DNA of 63,980 nt, filler included, from Pelomyxa schiedti (lineage: Eukaryota; Protista; Evosea): the NCBI GenBank assembly GCA_020536535.1. It is 10 parts of 10 records of this genome, joined end to end, with 100 filler letters (N's around TTAATTAATTAA, not from the genome) between each part and the next. Parts side by side here need not be neighbours in the genome. Positions count along the whole stretch, not along the records: positions 60,995 to 62,813 come from JAHLWZ010002253.1; positions 62,914 to 63,980 come from JAHLWZ010002899.1; 8 more parts are not named here. One strand, written 5' to 3'. Of this stretch, positions 60,895 through 63,980 are shown one piece after another; positions within the stretch are counted from its first letter, which is position 1, and the number at the start of each line of letters is the position of its first letter. The notes under the pieces are model-generated. The model did not search any database. It saw only the letters and a program-made list of their open reading frames with translations, and was not told where the DNA came from. A program made the position numbers and the translations under genes.

Positions 60895-61242
60895 NNNNNN
60901 NNNNNNNNNNNNNNNNNNNNNNNNNNNNNNNNNNNNNNTTAATTAATTAANNNNNNNNNNNNNNNNNNNNNNNNNNNNNNNNNNNNNNNNNNNNCACACA
61001 ATTTGTCAGCCTCCACCTGAGATGTCGGCTCCCATGCCAAGTGCTGGCTGTCAAACGATTTGCTGGCTGCCACACAACCTGCTGGCTGCCACCCCTTGTG
61101 TCAGCCCCCACGCCGTGTGCTGGCTGTCAAACGATTTGTTGGCTGGAAGACAACACCCCAGTTGGCTGAAGACTGTTTTAGGGGAAGTCTAATGGAACAG
61201 GCACAGGCCACACACACAGTTCACCACTTGAGCAGCACCTGG

Positions 61243-61579
61243 GTCGCCTGTGTGCCGAAGCAGCAACTTGGTTGGGCATTGCCAAGTCCTGCCGGTGCCC
61301 AGGCTTTTCCGATTGAGAACCCTTGCGTCACCAAGCCACTTTGGAAGCACGCGCCGGGTGGCTGGTCGCTCCGGCGCCAATCCCCACAAATCAGTGTCGC
61401 CATTAGCAGGAAGCCCTTTCTCCTGACGACAGTCGCCTGTTGTGTCGGACGACAGTCGCCTGTGTGCCGAAGCAGCAACTTGGTTGGGCATTGCCAAGTC
61501 CTGCCGGTGCCCAGGCTTTTCCGATTGAGAACCCTTGCATCACCAAGCCACTTTGGAAGCACGTGCCGGGTGGCTGGTC
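61243..61579. repeat. About 125-bp direct repeat (61243-61367 and 61455-61579)
   Basis: gtcgcctgtgtgccgaag...gggtggctggtc occurs twice with about 2 mismatches. Confidence 0.9.
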
Positions 61580-61928
61580 AATGCACAGTCTGGACACCGC
61601 CAGTGCTCCCAATTCAACAAACACACCACACTGCCACAACCACCACTCCACAGGCCAAATCCTGGTTTTACCACTTCACACTGACTTGCTCACTAAAAAG
61701 CACCCCAGTGTACAAAAACATTGTACTCCTTTTTTTTCACTTTTTATGCCAATAAAGGCTAAGAGTCATTGAGACACTGATTGAATGCCAAAGATGTGGT
61801 CTTACATCGCGTCAATGCAATGTTCGTTGCAACCTTTATTGGGGGAGATCCCAGATTCTGTGAGGGCTTTCTCCCAGAAAACTACCTGTTTTTATGTGTA
61901 GAAGGACTTATGGGACGGGTTGCCCTCT

Positions 61929-62626
61929 TTCACTGTGATTCCAGATCCCACCCAGAGTGGGTTCCAAGCTGTTCCCAAAGGGTGGTCTCAAAATGTGAAA
62001 AAACACTACCCAAGTGGAGAAAGTGGAGGTAAAAACACAACGGGCTCGATTTGGGAGCTCCCAATGTGGACACACAGTGGTCCCCTGGTGGACCCTGTTC
62101 CAGCTCCCTCATCCCCATGTACTTTCAGAAAGAAACTTTTTTTTCTTTTGCCTGAAGTCGAAAACCAACTTCAGGCCAGGCCAGGCCACATCATGGAGAG
62201 GTGTAGGTTGGGAATGTGGAAGTGTGGACTGTAGGAGCCCAGTGGAGTGGTGGGTGCGTAGGAGCGAGAGAATGAGAGCGAGAGAATGAGAGCGAGAGAA
62301 TGAGAATGAGAGCGAGAGAATGAGAGCGAGAGTGAGAGAGAATGAGAGTGAGAGCAAGAGCAAGGGGTGTTAGTGCCGAGGTGAAGTGGGTAGAGGCGGA
62401 AGTAAAGCCTGACATTGCACTCTGTTCGGCAGTCCTTCTGGCATCCCACAGGGTCCTGTTGTTGTTGAGTGGGGTGATAATAAAAAGGGAATGTACCTTG
62501 GTAATAGATGGAGTAGGCAGGTCGGCCTACACCTAAATAATATCTTGAGCCTGGAGAAAAAGTCAAAAAAAAAAAAAAAAAAAAAAAAAGAAGAAGAAGC
62601 CACCTACCAAGGAGGTCACAAAGTGC
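61929..62626. repeat. Second copy of the 15332-16063 dispersed repeat
   Basis: Colinear match including the hairpin, the satellite (fewer units) and the A-tract. Confidence 0.9.
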
Positions 62627-63980
62627 GGGAAATGCAGAAAAGGGCAGAGACAGTCGACACATTTACCTGTCATGGTTTAATGTGGTGATCATACAAAGAG
62701 AGAGGGGGATTTACCTTGGTGATGACAGGCTTTCATCAGCAGCTGGCAAGTTGCTACACCTGGTCTCAAGTGTGAGAAATCGAAAAAGAAAAACAGAGAA
62801 GTACCTGGTTCAANNNNNNNNNNNNNNNNNNNNNNNNNNNNNNNNNNNNNNNNNNNNTTAATTAATTAANNNNNNNNNNNNNNNNNNNNNNNNNNNNNNN
62901 NNNNNNNNNNNNNGGTGTCAATCTTAGCTTTGGTGAATCTCTTGCCGTTCTATTTATTCGATCTCCGTTTCAAAATTGAATGACGTATTGTTGGTATTGT
63001 TGTGTTTGAGTTATTTGGTCTTGTGAAGGAAAAGCTAAGTCCCTATCACGAGCGTCGTGTAGCGTACACCACAGGTGTCAAGCTTAGCTTTGGTCAATTT
63101 GAAATACTATCCCACTAGCTACCGAGAACAGGATAGAGCCCTTACTGTGCCAAACAAGAAAAACACTCAACTTGTAAAAATTTTATTGAACAAATGGGTG
63201 TTATTTAACTAGGGGCTGTCAGTACCTACAACAGGAGGGGAAAATTGTGATGGCAGTGGTGGTGACTGGGAAATAGGAGTGTTGTTGTGAACAAAGTAGT
63301 GGAGGGGCTTGTTCTCCCAGTCAAGTAGATTTGGAATATTCTCCCCAGGAGAGTACAATTGAAGTGATGGCTCTGTGTCATGTGTGATTCTGCGAACACA
63401 CAGGCAAACTGTGCGCAAGGCACACTCGCGAGACTCGAGACTGGACACTCAGAGGCTGAGTCATCACTTACCAAGTTCGGAAATCAAGTTCACAGAAAGA
63501 TCATCAAGATACCCAAGACCTTTCCCTTGACTTTGGAATCCTTTATAAACGCACACACCGAGTCACCTCATTTCTATACAAAATATACAAAAAAACCTCA
63601 ACACAAACACACCCAAATGTATCCATCCATTCCAAGATGAATAAAATACTTTGTGCCTCTTTGTTCTCTTTTGGTGCAGTTTCCCACTGAAGGAAACATA
63701 TGGTGGAGGATGCGTGTTTTGACCCTCACAAGCACTTCAACATCTTGGAATTCCAATCATCAAGATCGACATCAATCACAGTTACACGGCACATGGCTCA
63801 CGCTGTTGACATGTTCTACATCATCTTGACACTGTTTCTCTTCATTCATCGACGAATCGACATCATCGGCGATTATCTTCGCATCGGCACATTGCTATCG
63901 CACAACGTTGCTTCTCTTGGCATGCTACGTTCGAGTACTTCAACATCCATGCGGTGACATCGCATTCTGTTGCTTCGTTG

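Noticed and set aside
61243-61579. Possible CRISPR-like repeat-spacer array
   Set aside because: Only two 125-bp copies, eukaryotic context and no cas genes.
13142-62913. Recurrent TTAATTAATTAA palindromes as biological sites
   Set aside because: Always centred in N blocks, so they are artificial joins. Genes across them (for example TRIM-like and NRPS) cannot be treated as linked.
62914-63980. Possible 3' exons of a minus-strand gene and a 25-bp repeat pair
   Set aside because: The reading frame could not be resolved and no homology was recognisable.
1-63980. tRNA or rRNA genes, telomeric repeats, alternative genetic code
   Set aside because: None recognised by eye. Long ORFs and conserved genes read correctly with the standard code.

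Overview
Eukaryotic (protist-type) nuclear DNA, gene-dense, with many very short GT-AG introns (roughly 30-130 nt). The window is not contiguous. About ten contigs/scaffolds are joined by artificial N44-TTAATTAATTAA-N44 spacers, and there are three 100-N scaffold gaps. Several breaks fall at exact 121-bp repeats, which suggests a k=121 assembly. The gene style resembles an amoebozoan such as Pelomyxa; this is my impression and is not verified. Recognisable genes: importin-alpha-like, maltose/galactoside O-acetyltransferase, secreted GH32/GH43-like hydrolase, MFS transporter, THOC6, RAD17, SLC19-type carrier, STE-type kinase with WD40, receptor adenylate cyclase, LNR-repeat protein, TRIM-like protein, three F-box-like proteins and ankyrin proteins. 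Highlights: (1) a >7.6-kb intronless multimodular NRPS ([A]-T-C-A-T-C-A-T, no release domain) on the same contig as intron-containing RAD17; (2) a tandemly expanded family with a short N-terminal 'QF/A...HxRxG..S' motif fused to different recognition domains, a candidate uncharacterised adaptor system; (3) an acetyltransferase-glycosidase-MFS trio reminiscent of lacAZY; (4) degenerate small GTPases, one fused to an F-box; (5) a terminally redundant 2.8-kb contig and a foldback element. Exon boundaries of multi-exon genes were read by eye and are approximate.
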